The translations under genes were made by a program, and so were the position numbers. Source: Octopus vulgaris (lineage: Eukaryota). From it: a stretch of 64,000 bases of DNA. Positions within the stretch are counted from its first letter, which is position 1. Every line of letters starts with the position of its first letter. The DNA lies in NCBI GenBank assembly GCA_951406725.2, contig OX597814.1, positions 181,722,001-181,786,000 of the forward strand. Reading direction: 5' to 3'. Below are positions 41,491 through 56,009 of this stretch, piece after piece. The notes under the pieces are model-generated. The model saw only the letters and a list, made by a program, of their open reading frames with translations. It ran no database searches and was not told where the DNA came from.

Positions 41491-42023
41491 ATTTAAATCT
41501 CCACTCGTCTGTTATTTCACATGTATATGTATGTATGTGTGTATGTATGTATATGTGTGTGTCTATATATGTATATAAAAAAAATAATACAAAAAATGGG
41601 AGTAGAACGCAAAACATCCAAACAGTTAGATGATACAAAAAGGGGACAACAAAACATCCAGATAGATGATACAAAAGAGGGGAAGAAAAAAAAACAAGGA
41701 CGTGTCATCCGGAGTTTTTTTTCGTCAGTCGAGTTCAGATTATCTCTGCAATTTTGGCTGGTTATACTCGAGATTGCTCCAATCTGGCCAACCCCAAGGA
41801 AAATGTAAGCTAAGAGCATTAGATTAATTGGAAGAAAGCAGCGAATGTATACGAAAACAAGAGCAGAAAAAAAAACAGAGAAATGGTACACAAATACAAA
41901 TAATAGGACATTAACAACAGGTGTATTTCGACTAAGGACGAATTAAATTAAGCTGGCATGTGTGGAAGTGAAGCCTTACGGCAGGAACATAAGAGATGAC
42001 AGGCATGGGAAGGAGTATAGATG

Positions 42024-42145
42024 TTGCACAGATGGTAGTCGAACCAAGAAAGAAAGGTCAGGCTTGGCCGAACACCGGTCATGTGGAAGGAGATGGGTCG
42101 GCCAAGCCTTACCTCCCTTTCTTGGTTCGACTACCATCCGTGCAA
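42024..42145. repeat. Hairpin, 48-bp arms with 26-nt spacer
   Basis: TTGCACAGATGGTAGTCGAACCAAGAAAG...GGCTTGGCCGA is followed by its reverse complement at 42098-42145. Confidence 0.9.
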
Positions 42146-42717
42146 AATCAGTCAAAGCATGTCTGGAGTTTTTCCGTTGAAGTCTTCTTTAAATATAGTT
42201 TGGTATAGAGTTCAAGAGGTTAGCGAGAAAGAGAGGGGATGTAGTTGTCTATTGTCAAAAAAAAATCTCTGTGGATTCCTGTCGAAGGAGTGGCTTGAAA
42301 AATTTATTGAATGAATTTTATGTCCAGCTCTATGTGTGTGGGTGGGGGGGGAGGTTGTGTTGAATGTCCTTTCAATATGCCTGGAATGTGATCAGCTATG
42401 TGTTATGGGTGTGTATGTTGTGGTGAATGTCTTGTTAAAAAAAGAATTAAGATTTTCCTTCTATTTGGTGTGTGTGGGTTTGAACTGCGATTTTTTTCTT
42501 TTGAGTGTCTCCAGCTACGTGTATGTGTGTGTGTGCGCATGTGATGTTTTCTTTTGGGTGTCTCTAGGTGCGTGTATCATGTTTTCTTTTGGGTGTTTCC
42601 AGGTGTGTGATGTGTGTGTGTGTGTGCTTTTTTGCAATGTTTTCTTTTGTGTGTATGAGTGCATGTGTGTGTGTGTTTGTGTGTGTGCAAACGTGTGTGT
42701 GTCTGTGTTTTCTTGCA

Positions 42718-42867
42718 AATATCGACCCCAGGACTTATTCTTTGTAAGCCTAGTACTTATTCTATCGGTCTCTTTTTACGGGGACATAAACACACCAGCA
42801 TCGGTTGTCAAGCGATGTTGGGGGGGACAAACACAGGCACACAAACATATACACACACATACATACA

Positions 42868-42921
<54 letters not shown>

Positions 42922-43080
42922 CGTCGGGCTTCTTTCAGTTTCCGTCTACCAAATCCACTCACAAGGCTTTAGTCGGCCCGAGGCTGTAGTAGAAGACACT
43001 TGTCCAAAGTGCCACGCAGTGGGACTGAACCCGGAACCATGTGGTTGGTAAGCACTTACCACACAGCCACTCCTGTGCCT
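42718..43080 (-). mobile_element. tRNA-derived SINE with internal microsatellite
   Basis: Reverse complement of the family at 58590-58990. Confidence 0.8.
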
Positions 43081-44122
43081 ATACATATAAGAAAATGCAC
43101 TATTCCTTTTGCTTTGCAGTTAATTAATTCCAAAGTATATTATTAATTCCAAAATATATTATTACGGTTAAATCATTTCAAAATACAATACTATATTACC
43201 ACAATCAAATTAATTTAAGATTACATTCAAATAATGTCAATATACATTATTAATCACCCCAAAGAATATAATTGCAAAAGGCATAATTAAATATTTCAAC
43301 GTACATAATTACAAACCAATTTCACTTCCTGCAGAAGTTAGTCATTGCAATGCATGTATGTAATTGTTTGCTACTAACTTTCATTTAATATAGTGCCTAC
43401 CGGAAGCAGGCGCATCATAGACGCATAACGAAACAAGGGAGGTTTATATATATGTTTGTACTCTCAAATTATATGTTTGTGCACTCAAATTAAGTAGAGA
43501 TGTTAATTTTTGTTAACTATTCAAAAACATGAGGGAAATATATTTTATAAATATTACTAAATGAATTTAAAATAGGTGTGAGCAATTGATTAATAATCTA
43601 AACTTGGTTTATATTATACAGTATAAAATGTTTCTTGAATGGTTTTTTGTTCTGTCATATTTCCGGCACTTTAATGTAATGAGAATTGTTTAAAATTTGG
43701 GTGCTGAGTTCTTTCACGTCTATCTAAATGCTCTGGGTCGAATTCTCTTGTGTTCGGATCATGTAGTTACTGTCAATGAACTGCCATGCATTTTCTAGGT
43801 GACACAGGTTTGGCCGATATAATTTTCCCCAGACTATGATATGAATTAAGTTTTCTATCTTTTATTCTAGATTCGTCTAGTTTTGTAAGTGGAACTTGGA
43901 GCCTTCGGTTATATTAACCGAAATTCCACAACTCGATGTTCCTTATTTTTTTAACGTCGTCACTCATTAAAAGTTTCTTTAATGAATGTGGTAAGCTGTT
44001 TCACAATACATATTTCACATTCCGCAACGATTTGATTGTAATGATATACTTTAGAATTAATAAACTCTGTGTGTGTGTGCGCGCGCGCGTATGTAAGTCA
44101 ATATGCGAGCATGCACGTAAAC

Positions 44123-44966
44123 ATTACCAATGTCACATACTTAATGCATATCTTTTGTTTATAAGGTTATTAACTGCACGATTTCGCCCAGGAAAATACC
44201 TTTATGACGTCAAATATTTAAAAGGCGGCGAGCTGGCAGAATCGTTAGCACGCCGGGCGAAATGCGTAACCGTATTTCGTCTGCCGTTATGTTCTGAGTT
44301 CAAATTCCGCCGAGGTCGACTTTGCCTTTCATCCTTTCGGGGTCGATTAAATAAGTACCAGTTACGCACTAGGGTCGATGTAATCGACTTAATCCGTGTG
44401 AGTCTGTCCTTGTTTGTCCCCTCTATATTTAGCCCCTTGTGGGTAGTAAAGAAATAAATATTTAAAAGACACTGAATACCTCAAAATCAGACGAATCGAA
44501 TTACCCCATCGGTGTACGAGAATAGTGGATATCGATATTTCGCTCGGCACAGTATATTCGAATCACCACGAAACGAATTCGAAAAGCTGGTCTGAAGTAT
44601 ATATGCAGGTAGTGAAGTATACAAGCAACAGCGTTGCATAAGTAAACCAAAATTAAAATTTTAATTAGAAATAACTGTAATCATATAAATATTATTAATG
44701 TAAATATTATTATTAATAGCTGCGGAATTTTATCCGGAGAATCAAAACGTCTAGGTGACTCGAGTATACGGTGCCGAGGTGCTGAATTAACAACGAAATA
44801 TTGATATTCACCGATCTGTTTCACCTACGGTGCGATTCGTTTCGTCTGGCTTTGAGGTATTTGGGATTTCTAAAACTTCATTTAAAAGTACTTTCCCTGA
44901 ACGAAATACAACAGCTTTAATAAGAGTATAATAAAATACATACGTTAAATATGTGACATTGGTAAT
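44123..44966. mobile_element. Old foldback/MITE (diverged inverted arms) interrupted by a SINE
   Basis: ATTACCAATGTCACATA at 44123 versus TATGTGACATTGGTAAT at ~44950, with further patchy arm matches inward. Confidence 0.6.
44221..44457 (+). mobile_element. Full-length tRNA-derived SINE
   Basis: Head GGCGGCGAGCTGGCAGAATCGTTAGC and B-box GAGTTCAAATTCC; direct repeat AAATATTTAAAAG on both sides. Degenerate copies at ~16670, 18570, 22210, 22335, 46762, 46982 and 63075. Confidence 0.9.
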
Positions 44967-45055
44967 CAATACAGACACATCGGTACATTATTAGAGCTGC
45001 TTTTGTTTACATATGTGTGTGAGTATGTTTGTGTGTATGTGTGTGTATGTATGTA

Positions 45056-45120
<65 letters not shown>

Positions 45121-45471
45121 TCTTTAAACTAAATGCTTATCTTGTGACTCAAGTTTCACGTCATTGTGACTATCAGGTGAGAAGTATCACATCTCGGATT
45201 TAGTAATATATGTATGCTTGTTGATTTCAGTATAGTCTTACGTATCTGTTTGTTCAATGGTCTGGTTTTTAGTTTTAACTTGCTATGTTATTTTTCTGTC
45301 ATTTCATTTGTTTTTTTTTTTTTGCGGTTGCTGCTGAGGAGATACATTTTTAATCTGCATATTCTTTTTAGGCTTATCTGTTAAAAACTGTTCATTTTTC
45401 AAGTTTGATTGATTGATTTTTGTGAATGTATATGAGTGAGTGAGTGGGTGAGTGAGTGAGTGTGTGTCTGT

Positions 45472-45537
<66 letters not shown>

Positions 45538-45904
45538 GTGTATGTGTGTGTGTCTGTGTGTCTGTGTGTGTCTGTGTGTCTGTGTGTGTCTGTGCCTGTG
45601 TCTGTGTTTCTACCTTATCCAATCTAGAATTAGAACCATGTTTTTGAAAAATATATCTAGAGCGTGATGTTTTCACTTCACTTATTAAATTACGTATGTT
45701 TCACGCGATTATGTGGTATGACGAATTGAGGATAGATTCAAGAAATATCTATGTAGAGCGTTGTGAAATCAATTATTTTCTATTTGTGACTATGTTCTTT
45801 TCTTCTAACTCCCACATGTGTTTAGATAGAGATGTAGTCTTTTCTTTTGGAAAAGCTCCAGAACGTCTGTGTGTATGGTATGTATGGTGTTGTGTGTGAT
45901 ATCT

Positions 45905-45942
<38 letters not shown>

Positions 45943-46664
45943 TGTGTGTGCACCTGTGTGTGTGTACCTGTGTGTGCGCGCCCGTGTTTTGAAAGTTCCA
46001 CTAGTGGCGCTGATATGTTTTTCTGTTTGTTCACACCTTTCAGAGAAAGTTCTTCGATAGAGACAGATAAGTTCTGTTGCGTGCCTTTCTGGAATTTTTT
46101 CTGTATAGCAGGTATAGCGAAAAAGGTTGCGCAGTGGACAAGACTGAAGGTCTAAGAACACTGTTAGCTTTTGTAGAGCCCTTATCGATTTTTCAAGTTT
46201 CACTTGAAAAAGAAAATGCGAACGGGAAGAAGATATTGACTACAAACAAATTTATTGAAATATGGATGAGAATGGCTAGAATGGCAAGAATGGATCGAAC
46301 TGCTCTAAGTATAAGCTGTACGTTGGATCACGAAATTTGGAATAAGTTCTGCGATGTAGGTTGGCTCAAGATAGAGGCCCTCCGGTATCAAGAAGACTGT
46401 ATCGTTACCTATAATTATCTGTATACCATGTATACATGTTTACTTTTTACATTATTCTATTTTTATATGGAAATCCCACGCTTCAGATTTTGACGATTGT
46501 CCCTCCTCGCCCGTTTGCCCTACTGGCTGATAAAAGAAATACTCTCCTTCTCTTTCCTCTTCCTCCTCTTCGTTGTCGTCGTCCTCCTCCTCTTCATCAT
46601 CATTATTACCATCATCACCATCAGTAGTAATAGTAGTGGTGGTGGTGGTAGCAGTAGTTGTAGA

Positions 46665-46738
<74 letters not shown>

Positions 46739-47529
46739 CAGCAGCAATAGCTATAGTAGTAAGGCAGTGAGCTTGCAGAATCGTTAGCACACCAGGCGAA
46801 ATACTGAGCGGCATTTCGTGCGTTTTTATTTTCTGAGTTCAAATTCAACCGAGGTCAATTTTTCATTTCATCATTTCGGGGTGGATGAAATAAGATGGAG
46901 TTGGTTGTAATTGTCTGAACCCCCTCCCTAAAACTTACTGGTCTCGTGCCAAACTTTGAGAGCATTGTCATGATTATTAAAACGGCGGGTTGGTAGAATC
47001 GTTAACACAAAGTGCTTAGCGGTGTTTCGTCCGTTCTTTACGCTTTGATTTTAAATTCTGCAGAGGTGGAATTTGTCTTTCATCCTTTTCGGGTCGATAA
47101 AATAAGTTCAGTTGAGCACTAGGGTCAATGAAATAGACTAAGACCCTACTCACTTAAATTTTAGGCTTGAGCCTAGAATAGAAAGGATTTCCATTATTCT
47201 TTTCATCATTGGTGCATTATTTTTCTGTCGACCAGAAAAAAAGTGAGTACTAAACCGAGATGTTGATTTTTATTAATATGTATTGGAAAGTAAAAACTTC
47301 ACGAACCATCATATAGCCTTCGCTACTGTCCGAAGATCAGAACCGTTATACTGAGTCTCAGTGCGTGGAATTCTCAAAACACACACACACACACACACAC
47401 ACAAGCAAACAAAGAAAGTCGTAAGATCAACCTAATCAAAGAAATCAGGGATTTGGTGCGGTTGTCTTATTTTATTGTTATTTAAAGTAGTACTATTCTG
47501 ATATTTTTTAGTGCACAAGTCATTTACTA

Positions 47530-47927
47530 TCTTTATATATAAAAGAGAGGTTGTGTGTCTGTCTCCTACGATTTAGATTCCTAACTACTCCCACATTTTG
47601 CGGTGCAGTTTAATCAAAACCGGGTATCTTATAGTCGTGATTCATATCGAGCCCTTCTGGGTATTAGCGCGCGTCTACGATGAGTCTACGATTTTAAAAA
47701 ATGTTACCATCATTTTTTTCCATTTTAATGCATTTTTTTGCTATTATATAAGGGAAGTAACTCTCTAAAAATGTCTACGATGAGTCAACGATTTAAAAAA
47801 ACATTTACCATCATTTTTTTTTCCGTTTTTAATGCATTTTTTTGCTATCTTTTGGCTATAACTCTCTAAAAATGCTTATATGGTTATTTCCCTTACAAAC
47901 CCGAGCAACGCCGGGCGATACTGCTAG
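47530..47927 (+). mobile_element. Non-autonomous Helitron
   Basis: A|TC 5' end (TCTTTATATATAAAAG), subterminal hairpin CCCGAGCAACGCCGGG, 3' end CTAG|T, no TSD. Confidence 0.88.
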
Positions 47928-47949
47928 TAAGTTAATAAGTAACACATTT

Positions 47950-48195
47950 GGTCAAACTAAAGCGTTTGACCCGGTCATAAAAACACAAATAAAATAGTGT
48001 AATAGGTGTAAAACAACTTCCTCTAAACGAATATGAAAAAAAAAGAAAGAAATGCGTGCTCGCGAAAAGGGTGTGGGGGAGAGGCCTCGGAAAATTCACA
48101 TCGTGAATTTCCGAAAGCGTCTGAGGGTCTGACCCGGGCACAAAAACAAAAAAAAAATAGTGTAATATGACCGGGTCAAACGCTTTAGTTTAACC
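47950..48195. mobile_element. MITE with GG-starting ~30-bp TIR and 8-bp TSD (Merlin-like)
   Basis: TIR GGTCAAACTAAAGCGTTTGACCCGGTCATA; TSD ACACATTT (47942-47949, 48196-48203). Confidence 0.88.
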
Positions 48196-50371
48196 ACACA
48201 TTTTTCATTTTCTTAAATATCATTAAATGAAATGTAAAGTCTGTAATTTCATTTTACAAACGCCTTTGTTTTTAACAGTTATATATTCATCTGGTTAATA
48301 AAACATGACAATTCTAGAAGGCACCGGCCTTGAAAGATTTTCCGACGAACCATGTAATGTTTCAATAATTATACGAGTGTAACATAAACGAATCCGAATA
48401 TACAATGCAGTAACGCCACAACGTTACTTTCTGGGGTTTTTTTATAAACATAAATTGAGTTAGGCAACACAATTTAGTCGATATTTCTTATATGGAAAAA
48501 GATACGTGTATTAATGTACGCATAAGGAGACGTGAAATATGTGTGTAAGGGGAGGGGGGCAACAGAGAAATAAGGTTACTGTGTAAATATAATATACTGT
48601 CGTGTAATCAACTATATTGGTTGAAGGAAAGAATTATTACGAATTACAAATAGACGAACACACACACACAGACATACACAAACACATGTACTCACAAACA
48701 TACGGATATATATATATACATACATACGCATACATTCACACCCTTATGTGTAAGTACACATACATTAGCATTTTTGTATGTGTGTGTGTGTCCGTCCATT
48801 TACGTATGTATGTATGTATTATGTATGCATGCATATATGTATACAATCAAATACGTGTGGATGAGCCGTAATGATATACACAAAATTGAAATTTTCGCTT
48901 TGGTTGGAAATAGAAAATAAATATTCGTGAATTAAATAACTTAAAAAAGAGAGGGGAGATAATTGCAATAATTTATGTAAAGGTCACGTATTTAATGCAA
49001 GCACAGTAGATATGTGCGCTCGCTCACACACACACACACACAGCATGCATGCGCGTACACATATATACAAATATATACATGCATCCATACCGTCATGCCA
49101 TGCAGATGTTCGCGCGCGCACACCTACACAGGTACATATACATGTGTGTGTGTATACACATACATACATATATATGTGTGTGTGTGTGATGTGTACACTG
49201 TAGATGGTTTTGTGTGCGCGCGCGTGTATGTCAGTATACACACATGGGCAAAAAGCAGAGAGTATATAATAACCGTTTGAAGCTAATGCTTCCCAAATAG
49301 TGGCTGAGTTACGCGATGCCAAATATTCTAAAGTATGAATAATCGGCAACGTGAAACTCAAGAGCGAAAATACAGGAAGCTCCAGCTTCAAATAAATAAA
49401 TACAATACGTTTTTTACTGACCATATTTTTCTTTGATTATGAAGGTACACACACACCTATATATGGATATATATACATACATACATATACACACACATAC
49501 ATATATACATATATATATATATGTATGCGTGTGTGTATATATATACATATACCTGTGTGCATGTGTGTGTACTAACTAGACTGAGAAACATAGTCGCAGA
49601 TAACTAATTAAAATGGCAATATACCAATATAGTTTTTTTTCTTTCTAATCAATTTTAGCAGAAAATATATGAATGATATTATAACTGTTTCTGTGCGTGT
49701 AAAAATATAAATAAAAGGGAGACAATTATTTCGATTTTCAGATAAAATTATTTTTATCTATCCGTTTTTTTCTTTTGTTTTTTGTTTTTTTTAAGAAATT
49801 ATGTTCAATCTACCGCAGGCCATTTTTTTTCTGCGTCGTTCTCTTTCGATAAAGTGCAGGTCAAATAGTTAAAACTGAATTGAAAATTAGGTTATGTCAA
49901 AATTTTTATAACTATTCAAAGAATCTACGATTAAAAAACGACTGTCGTTTACGACGGTAAATATACATTAGTATTATTTCTAATTTTAAGTATATTATTT
50001 TTAATTTGATAAATTCTATTTACACCTCTGATCATAGAAAAAAATAATTTTTCGCAAAATCATTTCCGGTTAGTAACAATGTTAAAAATATCAACCAATC
50101 AGAATTGAAATAATTAGAAAGTGCAAGATTCTATTTACATAGTATTATTCTTTTATTATCCAAATTCCTTCAACAGCTTATTTTTTTCACCTGAAGTGGT
50201 TATTAATTAAAATAAACAATTAATTACATTTAGCAACCTATACTTATTTTTCAATTAGCTCATCTGTATTTCTTTGTCCCTTTTTTCAATTTTGTTAGCT
50301 GATTTGCACAAACATGTACAACTCTACGCGTCTTGAGTGCTACTTTAGTTTGCCTACCAGTGAGTGAGGGA

Positions 50372-50443
<72 letters not shown>

Positions 50444-51099
50444 ATTTACTAGCATCGGATAAATGCGATTAACAGGTACAAATATATAAATATTATATAT
50501 ATATATATATATATATTGTAGCTATCAGAATATTCATAATAACCAAAACCATAGAAATGGTTAGAGTGTTTTTAGAATCCAAAGCTCAGTAGATGTGAAC
50601 TATCCTTCTTTCGCTGGAACTGCAGGTTCAAGTCTAACTATAAGTTCTTTTCTGTAGCAGTCGTATTATCAAATGACAAATGCTACAACGCTCTCATCAT
50701 CAAAACTGGTGAAAATATTATGAGAATACCAAACAAAATTATTAACCGTGACAAATGTCCGTCCCGTTTTTAATCTTCAACGCTCTCCCATGAAGACAGG
50801 GATGCCCTACCTCCTGAAACAAACACTGGCAAAGAAGAACATTATAAATTATGTTTTCTATTTCGTTCCATATTTAAGATGGGTGGGGGTGTTAGAAATG
50901 TTACATATACAGATCCGTATATAATAATGTAATAATGTAATATAGATCCGTAGCAAAGAGTAATATTCTTCGTACATTCATGACAATAAGTGTGTGTGTG
51001 TGTATGCACACACCATACTTATATACCATGTATATATGAATGCATGTATAGCATGCATACTCACATTCGCACACATACATACGCATACACACACATATG

Positions 51100-51174
<75 letters not shown>

Positions 51175-52127
51175 ATAGATAAACACACGCACATAATGGA
51201 GATGTACATAAATATCTGTATGCTTACAAATACATATGTGTATGTGTGTGTGTAAATATATCAAATACGTGTGTATTATAAACATACACATACATATTAA
51301 TGCAGTCACATTCACTCGTACACATACATAATATAATATATATATAATTGAAAGAAGTAGAGAGTTGCAGAAAGAGCGAAGGAAAAATGGTATTCCGTCA
51401 ACTCGTTACATATGGCTGAGTAATTTCACAGGCACGCATACGCTCAACATTATTCTGTTAGAATCAGCGTGACACAGTATGACAACGCTAGGTTTCAACA
51501 TATTTTCCATCGACCTATTTCCACTAATTAAGTATGGGTCGAGCCGATGCGATATTAAAAACACTTGCCCAATGTGTAGCTCACTGAAACCGAACTTTTA
51601 ACCATGTGGCTATGAAGCAAACTTCTTAGCCACACAGCCATGTATACCGCTTACGATATATGTGTGTGCGTGCGCGCGTAATAGGTATTTGTGTGCATGT
51701 ATGTGTATGTGTGTGTGTGTGTGTGTATGTATATATATATATATATATATATACATACGTATATATATATATATATATCACAGTATCGACAAGACTATCG
51801 GATGTTGTTATACATCGCTGGTCACGATGCGCTTTGCATTGTTTTCGCTTTCGAACGATGCCATTTCGCTGGCTGGTCGAGCAGGTCAACATTCTTCTGA
51901 TCGGAAGGCTATCCGTCACAGAGTTACGATTGGGACAACGTGTAATAAAGTGTTTTGCTCAAGAACACAACGCGCCACCCAGTGCATGAATCGAACCCAT
52001 GGTCTAGTGATCGTGTGTGGAATACCCTAGCCACAAGGCCACACGCCTTCACCCCACCACACACACAAGCACTCATGCGCGCACACACACATGCACATAC
52101 AAAGAGATGCATACATACATACATACA

Positions 52128-52159
<32 letters not shown>

Positions 52160-52794
52160 CATACATACACACATACATACATACATACATACATACATAC
52201 ACACATACATACATACACACATACATACATACATACATACATACAGACACATACATACACACACACATACACACACACATACACACACATACATACACAC
52301 ACACATACATACACACACATACATACATACACATACACATATACACACACACACACATACATATACACACACACATACACACACATACACATACACACAC
52401 ACATACACACACATACACACACACACATACACACACACATACACACATACATACATACATACATACATACATCTTTATTTTACGCTATATTATATTAAGC
52501 GTTTGATGTAGTCACTTTGCCAAATAGATAACGAAATGTTTATTGCAATAAACATTAAGAAGACATTGTAACAATATCCGGACTTACGATCATATTTAGG
52601 TGATCATTTCTAATTGATAAAGCGTTCGGTACCCATGAATTTGATCATAACAATTTAGTGTTTGATAATCTTATCAGTTCATGTAATAAGCAGCTTCATC
52701 TTTACGCACACGCGCACGCAGACGCACACACACACACACACACACATTTATTGTATGCTTTACACACATACATACACATATATATATATATATA

Positions 52795-53028
52795 AGGTTA
52801 ATCCATACGATATATATATATATATATATATAAGGTTAATCCAAACGAGAAAATAGAAAAAACAACAGCACAAGGAGGTGGAACAATTAAAGTATTATTA
52901 TTAGGCGCTCAGGAAAAGGGGAAGAAGGAGGGTATGACGTTTCGAGCGGAGCTCTTCGTCGGAAACATAAGAGAAAGAAAGATCCCGAGGCGGGCGGACG
53001 GAGGGGAAAAAACGCGACTGGTTTTCAC

Positions 53029-53110
<82 letters not shown>

Positions 53111-53395
53111 GTATATATGTATGCATATATATGTATGTATGTATGTACATGTATGTATTTATATATATATGTATATATATATATAGTTAATCCAAACATG
53201 ATAGCACAAAAAAAAAAAACACAACAACGCGAGGACGTGGAACAAATATAGTATTATTGGACGCTCAGGAAAGAAGGAAAGAAGGAGGTTTTAACGTTTC
53301 GAGCGGAGCTCTTCGTCGGAAACATAGGAGAAGGAAAGATCCAGAGAAGGGAAGACAGAGGGAAAAAAATCGTCAACGGTACACACGCGGTCATA
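52795..53395 (-). mobile_element. Two tandem ~200-bp units, each with a hammerhead-like motif
   Basis: Units at ~52833-53025 and 53186-53395. Minus strand GTTT-CCGACGA-a-GAGC-tcc-GCTC-GAAAC-GT(C/T) at 52931-52968 and 53288-53325. Confidence 0.6.
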
Positions 53396-53399
53396 TATT

Positions 53400-53458
<59 letters not shown>

Positions 53459-53477
53459 ACACACATATATATATATA

Positions 53478-53522
<45 letters not shown>

Positions 53523-53742
53523 GCATACATATATATACATATATATATACATACACGCATACCTACCTACATACATACATAAAAACATACATAAATCAAT
53601 GTAACTGCGTGACTCAAGTTGCGGGAGTTTTGTACAAATGCATGAAATTCTCGAAGCTTGAGTCACTCTCAATAAAAATATACACATACTCATATTTCGA
53701 GTTCTATTTTTCCTATTTGCATCGACACACCTATATATCAAG

Positions 53743-53791
<49 letters not shown>

Positions 53792-54037
53792 TAAAAGTAC
53801 ATAAATTATTGATGCCTTTCAGCCAATCTTGCCAATCGGCTTGACACTAGCGATTAAATAGAAAAAAATTCTCTATGCGAAGCCGTTTGGTAAGATCGGT
53901 TGAAATGGATCTATCACACTGTATATCTATAAGCTCACTCCATTGATAAATATATCCATTCTTTTGACATTCATTTGAACGCATATATTTTTCTGACTAA
54001 TGGATGATTTTTACTCTACCCTCTCACTCTCTCTCTT

Positions 54038-54121
<84 letters not shown>

Positions 54122-54616
54122 TCTTGTATTCTTTTATTCTTTTATTTGTTTCTGTAATTTTGACTGCAGTCGAACAAATCGACCCTAGGACTTATTCTTT
54201 GTAAACCCAATACTTATTCTATCGGTCTCTTTCGGTCTCTTTCGACTAAAATTACTGAATAAAATATATACACTCATGTAGGTATGGACATGCGCGCTTA
54301 CGCGAATACTATGAGCATTTTTACCCCCTTACTTTTACTCCCTTCCCCTCACTTAGTGGTCATTCAAATAGCTCTTTTGTCTTAATAACGGTCAGTTACA
54401 AAGTAATTTCCCTTTGTTTAACGGTCATTTTCATAGCATTTTTCCGGTGGCCGGATAACTGAATAGATAGCGGCGTGGATTTCCGCCCCGACATCTGAAA
54501 CTCGAACTTTTATCATGGCTACCGAATAATTGTCACATATTACATTTACAGATAAATTCCTCTATTTACATAATATCGTGGTCTCTTTCATTCTTTTGTT
54601 GTCTTACCATTTCTGT

Positions 54617-54649
<33 letters not shown>

Positions 54650-55189
54650 ATTAGATCGTATACGAGTGGGTATATATTTGTAAAAAAGAAGTTTGAAAAT
54701 GCCACTATATTAGATAAATTTTAATTTTTACATGTTTCGGTTCTTGAAGTAACGAACCTTATCAAAAAGAATTTTTTTATAATAAAGATTATAATGGAAT
54801 AGTTCATAATTGTTTCATACATTCAATAGAGTCCATGCTATATACATAAAAAGTATAATGGAACAGTTCATAATTGTTACATACATTCAATAGAATCCAT
54901 GTTCTTGAAAAGGCGAAAAATATATATTATAAGGTGTAAGTCGTTCCGTACTGATTTGTCAAGTGTAGTGCAGGAGATCATTATAGATTTTACCTTGTGT
55001 TCCGATGGGAGCAACTGTAATGATTCCTGGTTGTCGTAATTTTGGTCAACTTGTGATTGTTGGGTTTATATCAGTTAAGTCAGTAGTAGCTGTGGTCTCT
55101 GGCACTGTTCACTGACGTCATATAATTCCAAACCAATCAAAGCCAAGCTTCAACGATTATAAGGAAAAGACCCCCAACTGTATCCTGTT

Positions 55190-55720
55190 TAGGAAACCAG
55201 CCAAGCAGAACGACAAGTTTGACCACGGAAGAAAAACGTCATCAATTTTTTAGCTAATCAAAATTAGATCTGACCCATAATTGTATCCTGTTAGGTGGCT
55301 AGTTTGACCACGGAGGAAAAACGTCATCAATTTTTTAGCGAATCAAAGTCAGATCTGACCCATAATTGTTTAGGAAACCAGCCAAGCAGAACGACAAGTT
55401 TGACCACGGAAGAAAAAACGTCATCAATTTTTTAGCGAATCAAAATTAGATCTGACCCATAATTGTATCCTGTTAGGTGGCTAGTTTGACCACGGAAGAA
55501 AATCGTCATCAATTTTTTAGCGAATCAAAGTCAGATCTGACCCATAATTGTATCCTGGTTAGTTTGATCACGGAAGAAAAACGTCATCAATTTTTGAACG
55601 AATCAGAATTAGACCTGACCCATAACTGTATCTTGTAGGGAAACCAATCAAGCATGGCGACAAGCTTGACTAGTGAGGTAAAACGTCATCAATTTTTTGA
55701 CTAATCAAAATCAGATCTGT
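55190..55720. repeat. Tandem repeat: six ~60-bp cores with alternating linkers (period ~80-100 bp)
   Basis: Core TTTGACCACGGAAGAAAAACGTCATCAATTTTTTAGCGAATCAAARTYAGATCTGACCCATAATTGT. Confidence 0.9.
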
Positions 55721-55939
55721 TCGCAGAGAAAAAAAATTCTTTTTATAAATTTTTCCTTCCCTAAGACATACCACTGCCAGCGGGAGTGACTGTTTAAGGA
55801 TCTGAGAAATTGTAATTCCCCCACCTCCACTATTTTAATTCTCTCACTGTGGCCGTAGTAACAGTGACCACGGTGGTTGTAGTAGTGGTAGTGTTAGTGG
55901 GAGCAGTCGTGGTGGTTGTGGTAGAGTTTCGTTTTTATT

Positions 55940-56009
<70 letters not shown>

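Noticed and set aside
46077-46493. 138-aa ORF as a possible host exon
   Set aside because: No recognisable domain or supportable splice structure.
55190-55720. CRISPR-like repeat/spacer appearance
   Set aside because: The linkers are themselves repeated, the core is too long, the context is eukaryotic and there are no cas genes.
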